NCBI RefSeq assembly: GCF_054482595.1
Contig: NZ_CM137008.1
DNA length: 64,000 bases
Reading direction: 5' to 3' (one strand)
Position 1 is the stretch's first letter. Each line of letters opens with the position of its first letter. The notes under the pieces were generated by a model. That model was not told the DNA's origin and did no database searches. It worked only from the letters and a program-made list of their open reading frames with translations. This document shows positions 1 to 12,224 of this stretch, one piece after another. Both the position numbers and the translations under genes were made by a program.

Positions 1-177
1 ATTACGCAAAATCACCGTGATATTGTTCATGCCGGGAATGGCTTCAACCACATTCGGCATATCCACCAGACGCTGCGCCAGTCGCCAGATCCGTTTCTGG
101 CTAGCCAGCGTCACCGGCGGTTCCAGTTCCAGCACTACCGCCGTTTCACCTATCAGATAACAACGCGCTCGTTGCAC
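1..177 (-). CDS. pxpB: 5-oxoprolinase subunit B (PxpB/YbgJ), N-terminal 59 codons; gene runs off the window start
   Basis: Minus-strand translation from GTG at 175-177 gives (M)[58 protein letters not shown], recognised as the PxpB N-terminus; sits directly downstream of ybgI as in K-12. Not in the ORF track because it is truncated by the window edge. Confidence 0.75.
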   Translation of the reverse strand, partial: MQRARCYLIGETAVVLELEPPVTLASQKRIWRLAQRLVDMPNVVEAIPGMNNITVILRN

Positions 178-199
178 TTTCGATCCCTCTGATTATTCG

Positions 200-943
200 T
201 TATGCAGGATTAGGAATATCAATAAAGGTCACATCAAGATCGGTATTTTCATTCAGCCACTCGCTCAATGCGCGAATACCACCACGTTCAGTGGCATGGT
301 GACCTGCAGCATAAAAATGCAATCCCTGCTCGCGGGCTGAATGAATGGTCTGTTCAGAAACTTCGCCAGTAATAAAAGCATCCACGCCAAAACGCGCGGC
401 GCTATCGATAAAACTTTGCCCGCCGCCCGTGCACCAGGCGACGCGCTGGACCACCTCAGGTCCGGTATCGCCACACCATAACGGCTTACGTCCCAGACGC
501 GCTTCAATCCAGGAAGCCAGCTCCAGTCCCGGTACAGGCATGGTCAGTTCGCCCCACGGCACCAACGGCTCAATTTCGCCCATGACCGTAATCCCCAGTA
601 ACGCCGCCAGCTGTGCGTTATTGCCCAGCTCAGGATGTGCGTCAAGCGGCAAATGCCAGCCATACAGGTTGATATCATTCGCCAGCAACGTTTTTAAACG
701 GTTACGCTTCATGCCGCGAATGACCGGAGATTCGCCTTTCCAGAAGTAGCCATGATGCACAATGACCGCATCCGCGCCCAGACGCACTGCCTCATCGAGC
801 AAAGCCTGGCTGGCAGTGACACCGGTAACAATTTTTTGCACCGTCTCTTTGCCTTCCACCTGCAAACCATTCGGCGCGTAATCACTAATCGCCGCGCTGT
901 TCAGTTTTTCGTTAATCAGTTGTTCCAGTTCGGTGTTTTTCAT
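200..943 (-). CDS. ybgI: Nif3-family metal-binding protein YbgI (GTP cyclohydrolase 1 type 2 homolog)
   Basis: 247-aa ORF, sequence recognised as E. coli YbgI; divergent from dtpD. Confidence 0.93.
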   Translation of the reverse strand: MKNTELEQLINEKLNSAAISDYAPNGLQVEGKETVQKIVTGVTASQALLDEAVRLGADAVIVHHGYFWKGESPVIRGMKRNRLKTLLANDINLYGWHLPLDAHPELGNNAQLAALLGITVMGEIEPLVPWGELTMPVPGLELASWIEARLGRKPLWCGDTGPEVVQRVAWCTGGGQSFIDSAARFGVDAFITGEVSEQTIHSAREQGLHFYAAGHHATERGGIRALSEWLNENTDLDVTFIDIPNPA

Positions 944-1030
944 CTTCGCGCCTTCCGTATTCTGATAGCTACACCGTTAACATAGCGTTACCTCGCCTGT
1001 TCGTCGATAGCCAATCTTTTGACATATTAA

Positions 1031-2695
<1,665 letters not shown>

Positions 2696-2710
2696 CAGGC
2701 CAGCACCGAT

Positions 2711-2816
2711 GCCTGATGCGACGCTTGACGCGTCTTATCAGGCCTACGTATTTCCTGCAATTTATTGAATTTGCAAAAATTTGTAGGCTGGATAAGGCGT
2801 TCACGCCGCATCCGGC
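2711..2816. repeat. REP/BIME element (two inverted REP copies) between convergent dtpD and phr
   Basis: gcctgatgcgacgcttgacgcgtcttatcaggcctac ... gtaggctggataaggcgttcacgccgcatccggc; matches the E. coli REP consensus. Confidence 0.8.
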
Positions 2817-2844
2817 ATCTGGGCTCGATTGCCTGACGCGTCTG

Positions 2845-4263
2845 TTATTTCCCCTTCCGCGCCGCCTCATACGCTGCCAACGTTTGTACTCTCGCCTCTT
2901 TGTGCTCGACTATCGGTTGCGGATAATCCAGCTTCACACCTGCTTTCTCAGCCCACTTCCACGGCTCATGCACCGATTTCCCCGGTACATTGCGCAGTTC
3001 CGGTAGCCACTGGCGGATAAACTCGCCTTCGCGGTCAAATTTCTCGCCCTGGGTTGTCGGGTTGAAAATACGAAAATACGGCGCTGCATCAGTACCCGTA
3101 GAAGCCGCCCACTGCCAGCCACCGTTATTGGCTGCCGAATCACCATCAATCAGCTGCGACATGAAATATCGCTCGCCTTCGCGCCAGTTGATCAACAAAT
3201 CTTTCACCAGAAAACTGGCTGTAATCATCCGTAGCCTGTTATGCATCCAGCCAGTGCTGTTAAGCTGACGCATGGCAGCATCGACAATCGGGTATCCCGT
3301 TTTGCCTTCCTGCCAGGCCTGTAAATGTGCGGGATTGCTCTGCCACTGCACACGATCCGTCCAGGCAATAAATGGACGATGTTTACACAACGAGGGGTGA
3401 TACGTTATCAGGTGACGGTAAAACTCGCGCCAGATCAGCTCATTAAGCCAGACACTACCGGCCCCACCGTCCAGCGCCTGCGGCTGTTCCGCCAACAGGC
3501 GATGCAAACACTGGCGAGGTGATAACCCGCCCGTTGCCAGGCTGGCGGACAAACGGCTGGTGCCTTCCACTGCCGGAAAATCTCGTTGTTGCTCATACTC
3601 TCCGGCACCGTTCTGGCAAAACTGGCGTAATTGCGCAATCGCCGCTTTTTCTTCCACCGGGAAATGCGCAGTATCGAAAGACTGACGAGGATAATTTAGC
3701 GTAATGGATGGCGCGGGCTTTATCGATCCGCTACTACGAACTTTTGGTGCAGCGACGCACTCCGGCATCCCTTCCCGCAGCCGTTTCAGCCAGGCATTCT
3801 TAAAAGGCGTAAAGACTTTGTACATCTCGTGATTGCCAGTCATCACCGCCCCCGGCGGCAGGATCACGCTGTCATCAAATCCTTCACACACCACGTTACG
3901 CAGCGCTCTTTCAACGTCCACATCCCGCGCCCGCTCATTCACCTCATACTGATAGTTATAAAAAAGATGAGTAACGCTGTTTTCCGCGCACACCTGTTTA
4001 ACTAATTCGACGCTGGCGACAAAGTCATCCACTTCACGGAACAATAAAGGAATACCTTTTTCCGCCAGCGCGATTTGTAGCCCGTTCAGTTGAGCATTGA
4101 TAAGTTCAGCCTGACGCGGCGACATATTATGCGCCGCCCACTGGCGTGGTGTAGCGATATACAACGCCAGCACGCGTGCAGACGAATTGCGGCAGGCGGC
4201 AGCCAGCGCGAGATTATCGTGCAGACGTAAATCCTGGCGAAACCAGACCAGATGGGTAGTCAT
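2845..4263 (-). CDS. phr: Deoxyribodipyrimidine photolyase
   Basis: 472-aa ORF recognised as E. coli photolyase (phrB); start overlaps the ybgA stop by 4 nt. Confidence 0.93.
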   Translation of the reverse strand: MTTHLVWFRQDLRLHDNLALAAACRNSSARVLALYIATPRQWAAHNMSPRQAELINAQLNGLQIALAEKGIPLLFREVDDFVASVELVKQVCAENSVTHLFYNYQYEVNERARDVDVERALRNVVCEGFDDSVILPPGAVMTGNHEMYKVFTPFKNAWLKRLREGMPECVAAPKVRSSGSIKPAPSITLNYPRQSFDTAHFPVEEKAAIAQLRQFCQNGAGEYEQQRDFPAVEGTSRLSASLATGGLSPRQCLHRLLAEQPQALDGGAGSVWLNELIWREFYRHLITYHPSLCKHRPFIAWTDRVQWQSNPAHLQAWQEGKTGYPIVDAAMRQLNSTGWMHNRLRMITASFLVKDLLINWREGERYFMSQLIDGDSAANNGGWQWAASTGTDAAPYFRIFNPTTQGEKFDREGEFIRQWLPELRNVPGKSVHEPWKWAEKAGVKLDYPQPIVEHKEARVQTLAAYEAARKGK

Positions 4264-4769
4264 AAAACTCCTGAATGGCGCAAGTTAATCACACGCGGCC
4301 AAAGTTCGAAATAACGCTGCCCTGAAAGCCAGGCGTCAGGATAAAGCGCCATATAGTGTTTGATACGCATCAGCGGCGCAAGAAGCGGTTGCTCGCCACG
4401 GCGATAACTGTCGATAAGCGCTGCCAGCTGCTGGCGTTCTGTGGAATCAATATGCGGGCGAAAATAACCCTGAACGTGCATCAAAACGTTGGTGTGATCT
4501 CGCGGGTTGGCAGGATGAGAAAGCAAAACAATTACGCGTTGGTAGTACTGGTTGTAATAGTCATCCAGATTTTGCCACCGATGAATATCAGCCACAAACG
4601 GGCCAAGTTTGCGGTATTCCGGCTGGGAATGCGCCAGAAAGACGAGTTTATAGCGGCTGTGATAATCGAGAAGCGCCCCGCGCGTTAAGCCTCGCTCTTT
4701 AAGACGGTGTAACTCCTGCAAAGCAAAAATGCGGATAAGGGTGCTGTCATCAAATCGTTGTAGATTCAT
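4260..4769 (-). CDS. ybgA: DUF1722 protein YbgA, co-transcribed with phr
   Basis: 169-aa ORF recognised as YbgA; 4-nt overlap with the phr start. Confidence 0.9.
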   Translation of the reverse strand: MNLQRFDDSTLIRIFALQELHRLKERGLTRGALLDYHSRYKLVFLAHSQPEYRKLGPFVADIHRWQNLDDYYNQYYQRVIVLLSHPANPRDHTNVLMHVQGYFRPHIDSTERQQLAALIDSYRRGEQPLLAPLMRIKHYMALYPDAWLSGQRYFELWPRVINLRHSGVL

Positions 4770-4942
4770 TACTGCTCCTGAACGGTTTACAGGAGTAAGT
4801 GTAGACGATGGTAAATGAATTTTGTGGGGTTATGCTTTCTTCCCTACCAAGCTGTTATATCCAGTTCAAAAACAATCATTTTACATCATCATCAAAGCAG
4901 CGAATACTTGACCGATTGGTAGTACCGCTGCATATTTCACCA

Positions 4943-5200
4943 TCAATTATATTTTATAATTTGTTGTATTGCTGACTTTATATTGCCAATGACATCCTCA
5001 TCATTAAATTCATTTAATATATTTTTTAGAATAGGATGTAGTTTAATATCACCTAAAATACCTGCCAAAATAATAACTTCATCAAAAATTATGTTTTTTT
5101 GCAGTTCATAAATTATAGCAGTTATAACACGATTATCTTTTCTTTCTGCCAGTCCGCTTATAGCTTCAATTCTGGCACAATCATTCTTATCTGTCAGCAT
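4943..5200 (-). pseudogene. HEAT/ARM-like repeat ORF fragment abutting the ISAs1 element, possible remnant of an Rhs immunity gene
   Basis: 85-aa AT-rich ORF with HEAT-like periodicity (ARIEAISGLAERKDNRVITAIIYELQ...); starts 12 nt below the transposase stop in the same frame; too short to be a complete HEAT-repeat protein. Confidence 0.3.
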
Positions 5201-6490
5201 TCCAGGGCAAGATTACGAAAGCCCGCTCCCCGCAAGGACTGACGCCAGATAGTTTCTGTCCATGGCTGCTTTTCGCATCTTACGTCTTAACCCTGCCTTG
5301 AATACCTTATCATTCGTCAAAATATTAATAGCAATGTGCCGTATCCCTGAAAATAATTCTGCTGCATTTCCTCTTCTTATTTTGCAGTCGTCTTCATTCA
5401 TTACCACGTCCAGACGCCAGTGCAGCTTATTCTCCACGTGCCAGTGGTTTCGGATTGCTGTGGCGAACTTCTCTGCGGTTAAATCAGCAGAACTGATATA
5501 ATATCTGACCGTCATTTCTGGCTCTTTCTTTTGTTCTGCTATTATGGACCGAAAGGAGACTGCCACGCATAATTTCTTCAGCCCTTTCCATTCAAACGTG
5601 AAATCAATAAGTTCATCAGGGACATCGCAAACATTATGAAGACGGATCTCTTCTCTGCCGTGACTCTTTTCACTCATTGCGTAACTGTCATGCTCTGGAT
5701 TATTTAATTCTTTCAGTGGAAATTTTTCCTCAAAGGCTTTATTAAGCCGCCCCTGATTTCCTTTTACAGCGAATAAATAATCACCGCCCTGTTTTTGTAT
5801 CTTCTCTGCGATATCTTTCTGGCAACCCATCGCATCAGTTGTGATAATTTTTCCTTTAATATCCAGCATGTTAAGAAGTTCAGGGATAGCTGTAATCTCA
5901 TTAGATTTCTCATCCGTCTTGATCTGTCCGATGACCAGACTGTGCATTGTTGAGAACGCACTAATGACATGAATCGCTCCCCTGCGGCGACTCTTGTCAT
6001 AAGAGTGCCGGAGCGTTTTTCCATCAATTGCAATGACGTCTTTATCATCTGAAGAATGGCAGTCACGCATCCAGTTAATAAAGCACTCGTGAAATTTTGC
6101 AGGACTGATACAGGATACAACTCTGGCAATGGTATCGTGAACAGGAATACCATTTTCAAAATCACCATATTGCTTCAAAAAATCGAGATGTGTTTCCCCA
6201 AAATCCTCTATATCTTCCCAGCCTTCTGCACCAGAAATAACGGCACAAATAGTCAACAGTAGAATATCCGATAATTTATGCTCCACTTTCCAGGCTTGTC
6301 TGTAATCAGGGATAATAGAAATATGTTCCATCAATTTTTTAAGTTCCATTTTGTTCTCCTTAATTATGTAAGGAGTATTTGATCATGTATAAGCAATAAA
6401 AAACAGCTTCAGGTAATGAGGAATATCTCAATTTTTAAACATAAAATGCGAATTATTTAGTACAAAAAGTGAACTTCTGATGATCTTTCC
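5201..6490 (-). mobile_element. ISAs1-family insertion sequence (E. coli H-repeat/ISEc1-like); boundaries approximate
   Basis: Contains an intact 378-aa ISAs1 transposase ORF; the size expected for an H-repeat is about 1.3 kb. Terminal inverted repeats could not be fixed by eye; only a short shared gcggggag core was seen near both ends. Confidence 0.5.
5213..6349 (-). CDS. ISAs1-family transposase (H repeat-associated protein), full length
   Basis: 378-aa ORF recognised as the H-repeat-associated (YhhI/YdcC-type) transposase family; no frameshift or internal stop. Confidence 0.9.
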   Translation of the reverse strand: MELKKLMEHISIIPDYRQAWKVEHKLSDILLLTICAVISGAEGWEDIEDFGETHLDFLKQYGDFENGIPVHDTIARVVSCISPAKFHECFINWMRDCHSSDDKDVIAIDGKTLRHSYDKSRRRGAIHVISAFSTMHSLVIGQIKTDEKSNEITAIPELLNMLDIKGKIITTDAMGCQKDIAEKIQKQGGDYLFAVKGNQGRLNKAFEEKFPLKELNNPEHDSYAMSEKSHGREEIRLHNVCDVPDELIDFTFEWKGLKKLCVAVSFRSIIAEQKKEPEMTVRYYISSADLTAEKFATAIRNHWHVENKLHWRLDVVMNEDDCKIRRGNAAELFSGIRHIAINILTNDKVFKAGLRRKMRKAAMDRNYLASVLAGSGLS

Positions 6491-6987
6491 CTGTGATTGC
6501 TTCCCGTTTCCCGATACGGCGGCGCGGGGAGTCATAAAGGTAAGAAATTTCCAGCAGTACAGCGTCCTATTGTTCACGGCGGTAATGCACCAACCAGTAT
6601 TGGCTATCGTAGTGATAACCGTGTAACCTGCCGCCGCATCGCGTATCTAATGTTCATTCTTTTCCATAAACCGTCCGTACACATTGTGATAGTAAAAATA
6701 CAATACATCTTCGCTGATGCGGTTATTCTGCTGCATGTGGGGAGCGCCGAATACTGCTCCCGGTATGGCCAGTAATTACTATTTAGTACGACGTTAGGGG
6801 GAGTCACTTAATCTCACAGATACTTCAAGTAACAGATGAAAATCGCTCCTGAAATGAAAAAAGAAATTTTTTTGAATGTGTTCCTGTCAAATCAAGTGGT
6901 TTTTTCGTCGATATGTAGAGTCATATTGTACACAAAATTGTTACGAAACACACCTTGGTAAAATATTTGAATCGACTGTACAGTGGA

Positions 6988-7290
6988 TTATTTTGTGTGT
7001 ATTACATTCAACACTTGCCCATCTTTTTTCGCTATTAGTATTGTAAAATTTCCTCCTAAAGTCTTCGGTTGTTTTCCCTCGATTTTCCAACAATTATTGT
7101 CATCTGTAATACTATATGGTTTCTGAAATTCTGCTTTTTCTTTCCCGTATACATATTTAATGTAAACATATGATAATTCCAAAGCCATTTCACGACTATT
7201 TACTAAAATTTCCACTGGATTTTCTTTTCCAAATACTTGTTATGATATTGTAAACAATATCATAATAAGTAATATTAGTGAGTTTCTCAT
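6988..7290 (-). pseudogene. Small secreted-protein gene interrupted by an in-frame TAA at codon 17 (orphan immunity-like remnant?)
   Basis: ATG at 7290-7288 opens MRNSLILLIMILFTIS, then TAA at 7242-7240, then the same frame continues QVFGKENPVEILVNSREMALEL... to the stop at 6988. The ORF-track 75-aa ORF (6988..7215) is the in-frame downstream part, starting at a GTG. Confidence 0.4.
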
Positions 7291-7458
7291 GTTCTACACC
7301 TATCGAATCTCAAAAGCTGTGGGTAAAACATTACATTCAGAATATATGATATTCTTACCATCGGAATCCATTTTTCCAAATCGACCTTCTGGTGTACCTG
7401 GATATCCATTAAGAACATGTTTTTCCGAATGGTTAATTTATTCTCTCAGGAAGATGTT

Positions 7459-8028
7459 TTATTTTTCTTCACTACGAAGCAGTTCATGCTGTATTTTTGT
7501 TAAACATTCGTAAGACTCATCTTTGTTCGGGAGATGTGCTGTCATTCGAGCATAAGTTGGCTTCTCATCTTTAAAATATTTAACCATGATTGAATTATCA
7601 AGGACTGCCAACAACTGAGCTGGATCACTGCTCTTTTTTTGATAGATACCCGCTCTTATATAACTTCTAAACCGATCGCCGAGAAACGCCGTTTTTTCTG
7701 CTGTATTTATCAACTCCTGCAACGTTCCTTTGATGGCATGATTTTCATTAAGGCGTAGTGACCCGACACGAATTAAGAGTCTCGCCCCGCTTGATGTGAA
7801 TTTATTATTTTTACATGTACCCAGTTCTGTTTGCCAATAATACTCACCGATGTCCTCATTCTGATACCATCTCCACATGGCTTTATTATTTAAGACAGGA
7901 AACGCGGAAAAAATAGTACCCTTAGCGAAAATAGTAAAACAATCATGATCTTTAGCTTGTATTTCGCAATCAGCTATAACACCAAAATTAACAAATATCA
8001 TCAGCAAAAAGAACAAAACTCTTTTCAT
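7459..8028 (-). CDS. Putative Rhs immunity protein with N-terminal signal peptide (YbfC-like by length and position)
   Basis: 189-aa ORF whose start overlaps the rhs stop by 4 nt; N-terminus [19 protein letters not shown] resembles a Sec signal peptide; low GC like the rhs 3' end. Confidence 0.6.
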   Translation of the reverse strand: MKRVLFFLLMIFVNFGVIADCEIQAKDHDCFTIFAKGTIFSAFPVLNNKAMWRWYQNEDIGEYYWQTELGTCKNNKFTSSGARLLIRVGSLRLNENHAIKGTLQELINTAEKTAFLGDRFRSYIRAGIYQKKSSDPAQLLAVLDNSIMVKYFKDEKPTYARMTAHLPNKDESYECLTKIQHELLRSEEK

Positions 8029-8549
8029 TTTCTTATTCCTCTCGATGTTCTCTGTTTCATTTTAGCTAAAATTTCACCCAAATCATCTATCCCTGCTGTT
8101 GCTGGCCCATCGGGTTTATTAATGTCTGGGAATAAATAGGGTTCTGCACAAGTATATCCTGGTGGTAATTGAGTTGTTGGCCAATTTGTCTGTGGCAGGT
8201 AATCACTTGCTGTCTTTGTATCCATCCCTGGATACTGGGGATCATCCTGTGGCGTACAAGTCAGATTTGGTTTTACCCACTTCCTGCAATACAGTGTGTA
8301 GTCGTAAGGGCTTAATGCTCTGAAGAATGTTTTGAAAACATTAGGCGCACTACTGGCCTGGTCAATAGGATATGGCAGTCTTAATTGTTTCGCTATGTCT
8401 GGCAATTTACTTGGATCGGGCGTAGGCGGTTTGTTGGGTCTCGCTCCATATCCGCCATTATTTAAGTGTCCATATTTTGATGCCAGTCCCATTGAATCTA
8501 TATACTGAACCGGATTCAACGGATACTGATAAAAATTCCATCCCCCCTT
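8025..8549 (-). other. Rhs C-terminal toxin domain (174 aa after DPIGL), family not recognised
   Basis: Sharp drop in GC below 8550; residues [43 protein letters not shown]...[17 protein letters not shown]...[11 protein letters not shown]...; three Cys and Pro-rich stretches. Confidence 0.6.
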
Positions 8550-11500
8550 CAGTCCAATCGGATCCTGAGTGATATACCTCCCCTGCAGCGGGTCATAATA
8601 GCGGTGGCGGTTGTAATACAGGCCGGACTCCTCATCATACTGCTGACCCGGCAGGCGGATGAGCTGCTGCAGCTGGTGCGGGTTCTCTTCATTCAGCTGG
8701 TTACCCCATTCATCGTATTCTGCGTACCACGCTGTTGTCCCTTCCGTGCTGATAAGCGCCAGCGGCAGGCCGCGATGGTCGCAGTGGTACAGGTGGATTT
8801 TTCGCGCCGGCGTGTACACCGGGTCCATCTGGTTTTGCATCTGCTTCACCGTCAGGCCGCACGATGCCAGCCAGCGGCGGCTTTCCTCACTCACCCGGTC
8901 AGCCAGGATTTCACTTTCCAGCCGGTCGAGCATCTGCACCAGCACCGGCGGGAACACCACACTGCCACCGTCTTCACCGCCGGACTGCTGAAGGGCATCC
9001 GCCAGGCTGCGGCGCTGCGTTCTGGCCAGTTCACCGGTGGCAGTTTCAACTCTGATGAGTGGTGTGAAGCTCCCCGGCTGATAAATCGTCTGGATGCGGG
9101 TTCTGTCGTTCTGTATCGTGGTCAGGCGGTCGCCATCCCAGCCGTACCAGGTCACTTGCGGTTTCCGTGACAGCGACATCCAGCCCGTCAGGTCCCGTTC
9201 ACGTCGCCATACCCGTTTTGCCACCCTGCGGCCCAGCGGGTCGTAAAGATAGCGGCTTTCGACCAGCGGCTCTGCATATTGTGTCCGCGTGTAGTGCACC
9301 AGCCGGTGCTGACTGTCGTAATGGTACCGGTGGGTGCGCTCATCATCCGTGCGGATAACCCCTTCCGGGATGAGGTCGGTTTTCTCTGTCAGTCTGCCGT
9401 GACGGTCATACCGGTAAAGATAGTGCGCGTCACGGGCGATACGGTTATCCGGCCACATGCTGAGGGTGCTGTCCGGGTGCAGCTCCGGGTCGGGCAGGCG
9501 GTTACCTGCCGGGTCCGTGGCATACGGGATGCGGATATCAAGGTTCGCTGCCGTGGTGTGAACGCCGGTCAGCCTGCCGGAGTCGCTGTAGCTGTAACTC
9601 CGGGTATGGCGCGGGCTGCTGATGCGGATGAGTTCGCCGTTGTCGTTCCAGGTGTAATCGCGGTCAGACTGCAGGCTGTTCAGGTGCTGGCTCTGTAACT
9701 GCCCGGCAGGGGTATAAGCGGTGGTGAGTTCATAATGGCCGAAGCTGCGCAGCGTTTCCCGGTGCAGGCGGTCGCGGGTGAAATCCACCAGCGGTGTGTC
9801 GCCGAGCTTCATGCCTGACAGCCAGCCGCTGCCGTAGGTCAGCCATTCCACGGCGGGCAGGCTGTCCGGTATACAGCGGTTCGCCAGCCCCTGCGCGTTG
9901 TAAGCGTGTCTGGTCTCATGCTGCCAGAGCAGTGCTTCCGTCTGCGGGTGATGCACCGTCTGACGCTCACCGGTCAGGCGGCCTTTCTCATCATACCTGT
10001 AATGCACCGCTACCCGGTGCCCTTCGCTGATATGGCTGATGTCTGTCAGCCAGCCACGTTCGTCATACCGCCACCGCTCTGCGGTTTCACCCTTCACGGT
10101 GCGGTGCGTGAGGCGGTCTGCTTCGTCATAGTGCCAGTGGGTGACCAGACCCTCATCCTCGCTGCGGATAAGTTTGCCGGTCAGGTCGTGGTGATAATGC
10201 TGTGTGCGGCCGTCAAAGCCGGTTTCCTGTATCAGCCGGTCGAGTACATCGTAACGGAAGGTGGTGTGGCTGCCGTTTTCACTGGTCAGGCGGATGACCC
10301 GTCCGGCAGCATCGTATTCCATACTGCGCGTCAGACCGCCCTGCGTGGTACGGATGGCCTTTCCCCACGCATCGTACTGTGTCCCGTTTCTGCTGCCGTC
10401 CGGAGCAATGACGGCGGTCAGGTCACCGGCGGCGTTGTATTCATACCGCATTTCATGGCCCTGCATGTCTTTCACGGCAATTAACCGTCCACGGCTGTCG
10501 TATGCGCGGTACTGACTCAGCCCTTCCTCGCGGTGCACCGCCGTCATCTGCCCGAAACGGTCATGGTCATAACGGGTTACATAACCGGAACAGTCGGTGA
10601 AGCTCAGCAACTGGCCGTAACGGCTCCACGTCATGGTTTTCCGGCTGCCGGTGGCATCGTCCGTTGCGCAGGGTAAGTCACTGTGTGGATTATCATAACG
10701 GTAGCGGGTGATATCGCCGTCAGGGGCGGTTTCCTGAATCAGACGGCCGGATTCATCATATTCCCGGCGCATTTCCAGCCCGTCAGGCCCGGTGGCTGAC
10801 GTTAACTGGCTGTGGTGGTTATAGTAAAATGCCGATGCCCTGCCATCCGGTGTGGTGATGCGCGTGATGAGTCCCGTCACCACATCCGGGCTGTATTCTG
10901 TTGTCCGGCCTGCGGCATCCGTCTGTGCCTTAAGCCTGCCCACCGCATCAAACTGACTCTGCGTGACGCTGCCGTCCGCGTGTTCCTTTTTCACCACCCG
11001 CTTCAGCCCGCCTTCGCCCTGCGTGTGCAGCACTTCACGGCGGTCCAGGCTGTCGGTGATGGTGATGCGGTTTTGCTCATAACAGTAGGTGTAGCTTAAG
11101 CCCGCCGGGTTAAGCTGCTCTGTCACCCGCCCGTCGCTGTCGTAACGGTAACGGATTTCCGGTCGGCCCGTGTGACGGTGCGCCACCATCCGGCCCCGGT
11201 ATTTATCATCGTAAGTAAAGCTGCGCACCTGTGTATTGCTGCGGTCATACACCGCCGCCAGTTCGCCGCGTGGCGTCCAGCCATAGCGCACCAGCGGCGC
11301 GGCTGGCAGGTTGTCCGGGTATTCCGGGTCGTGCGTCAGCCACACGGCAGACAGACGGATGCCGTTGTCCCGGCCATATTCGGTGTAACCCGGCAGGGTA
11401 TCAGGAAAAGCGGACGGTTCCGTCCCGCCGGAAGAGGCCTGCTGCCGGGCTTCTTCTGCCCGCTGCGCCTGCGTGGTCAGTACCAGCCGGAAGTGACGCC

Positions 11501-12224
11501 CGGCACCATCCGTCACGCCGGTGATTTCGCCGCTGAATTCACCGGCGGCTTCGCGGTGGAACGTCTGTGTGCGCCCGAAGCGGTCCACCAGCCCGGTCAG
11601 TACCCGGTACGGCGGCAGCGGCGCAGGCAGCACCTCATCCGCTTCCGGCACCCGCTCACACCAGCCGAGCAGCCACCACGGCCCCTGCGGACTGTTTGTC
11701 GCCAGATAACGATGCGGACTTAAGCGGAGTTCTTCCGGCAGCGCCTGCCAGAGTGCGGCCAGCCGGTGACCTTCATCCAGTTTCGCCACGCCGCCGCGCA
11801 CCAGCCACAGTGACTCGCTGCGGCTGTAACCGTCCTCACCGGGAAACAGGTGCTCAAAATACAGGCTTCTGCCGCCGTTATCACTGAGTATCAGTGTGTT
11901 ATCGCGCAGCTGTAAGCGGATATCCGCAGGCATTTTCCAGCCGGGGCCGAGGCTCCCCACCGGCGCGGGCGTTTTTGTCCGGTAACTGCTGTAGGTGCGG
12001 GAGAGAATGAACGGCAGCGGGGCGGGCAGGGCGATGTCGGTTTCACCGGGAAGGACCTTTGCACCGAGCAGCGGATTGACCGGATGGCCGGACGTCACCC
12101 CGCCGGGGCACACCGAACAGGCCACGCCGGTGGGGGCACCAATACGTACCCCGGCTGAACCCTGGACAATGCTACCGCCATACTGCGTCATGTCGCCCTG
12201 ACGCGCCGCCGGTTTTCCGCTCAT
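8025..12224 (-). CDS. rhsC: Rhs family protein (RhsC by position next to ybfA-kdp) with variable C-terminal toxin domain
   Basis: 1399-aa ORF; N-terminal region with CSVCPGG motif, long YD-repeat core, and DPIGL core-end motif encoded at 8550-8564, followed by a 174-aa C-terminal domain. Confidence 0.9.
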   Translation of the reverse strand: MSGKPAARQGDMTQYGGSIVQGSAGVRIGAPTGVACSVCPGGVTSGHPVNPLLGAKVLPGETDIALPAPLPFILSRTYSSYRTKTPAPVGSLGPGWKMPADIRLQLRDNTLILSDNGGRSLYFEHLFPGEDGYSRSESLWLVRGGVAKLDEGHRLAALWQALPEELRLSPHRYLATNSPQGPWWLLGWCERVPEADEVLPAPLPPYRVLTGLVDRFGRTQTFHREAAGEFSGEITGVTDGAGRHFRLVLTTQAQRAEEARQQASSGGTEPSAFPDTLPGYTEYGRDNGIRLSAVWLTHDPEYPDNLPAAPLVRYGWTPRGELAAVYDRSNTQVRSFTYDDKYRGRMVAHRHTGRPEIRYRYDSDGRVTEQLNPAGLSYTYCYEQNRITITDSLDRREVLHTQGEGGLKRVVKKEHADGSVTQSQFDAVGRLKAQTDAAGRTTEYSPDVVTGLITRITTPDGRASAFYYNHHSQLTSATGPDGLEMRREYDESGRLIQETAPDGDITRYRYDNPHSDLPCATDDATGSRKTMTWSRYGQLLSFTDCSGYVTRYDHDRFGQMTAVHREEGLSQYRAYDSRGRLIAVKDMQGHEMRYEYNAAGDLTAVIAPDGSRNGTQYDAWGKAIRTTQGGLTRSMEYDAAGRVIRLTSENGSHTTFRYDVLDRLIQETGFDGRTQHYHHDLTGKLIRSEDEGLVTHWHYDEADRLTHRTVKGETAERWRYDERGWLTDISHISEGHRVAVHYRYDEKGRLTGERQTVHHPQTEALLWQHETRHAYNAQGLANRCIPDSLPAVEWLTYGSGWLSGMKLGDTPLVDFTRDRLHRETLRSFGHYELTTAYTPAGQLQSQHLNSLQSDRDYTWNDNGELIRISSPRHTRSYSYSDSGRLTGVHTTAANLDIRIPYATDPAGNRLPDPELHPDSTLSMWPDNRIARDAHYLYRYDRHGRLTEKTDLIPEGVIRTDDERTHRYHYDSQHRLVHYTRTQYAEPLVESRYLYDPLGRRVAKRVWRRERDLTGWMSLSRKPQVTWYGWDGDRLTTIQNDRTRIQTIYQPGSFTPLIRVETATGELARTQRRSLADALQQSGGEDGGSVVFPPVLVQMLDRLESEILADRVSEESRRWLASCGLTVKQMQNQMDPVYTPARKIHLYHCDHRGLPLALISTEGTTAWYAEYDEWGNQLNEENPHQLQQLIRLPGQQYDEESGLYYNRHRYYDPLQGRYITQDPIGLKGGWNFYQYPLNPVQYIDSMGLASKYGHLNNGGYGARPNKPPTPDPSKLPDIAKQLRLPYPIDQASSAPNVFKTFFRALSPYDYTLYCRKWVKPNLTCTPQDDPQYPGMDTKTASDYLPQTNWPTTQLPPGYTCAEPYLFPDINKPDGPATAGIDDLGEILAKMKQRTSRGIRK

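Noticed and set aside
6497-6807. Small ORFs 6497..6775 (+) and 6604..6807 (-) beside the IS
   Set aside because: No recognisable domain, signal sequence or Rhs core remnant; probably non-coding IS-flanking or IS-terminal sequence.
7289-7513. 74-aa plus-strand ORF between the broken small gene and the immunity candidate
   Set aside because: Overlaps the 3' end of the minus-strand immunity candidate, has no ribosome-binding site, and is in low-complexity AT-rich sequence.
8604-11887. Many 60-190-aa ORFs on the plus strand inside the rhs gene (for example 8604..9170, 9906..10484, 11172..11723)
   Set aside because: Antisense shadow ORFs within a GC-rich YD-repeat coding region; Arg/Pro/Ala-rich low-complexity translations with no start-site context.
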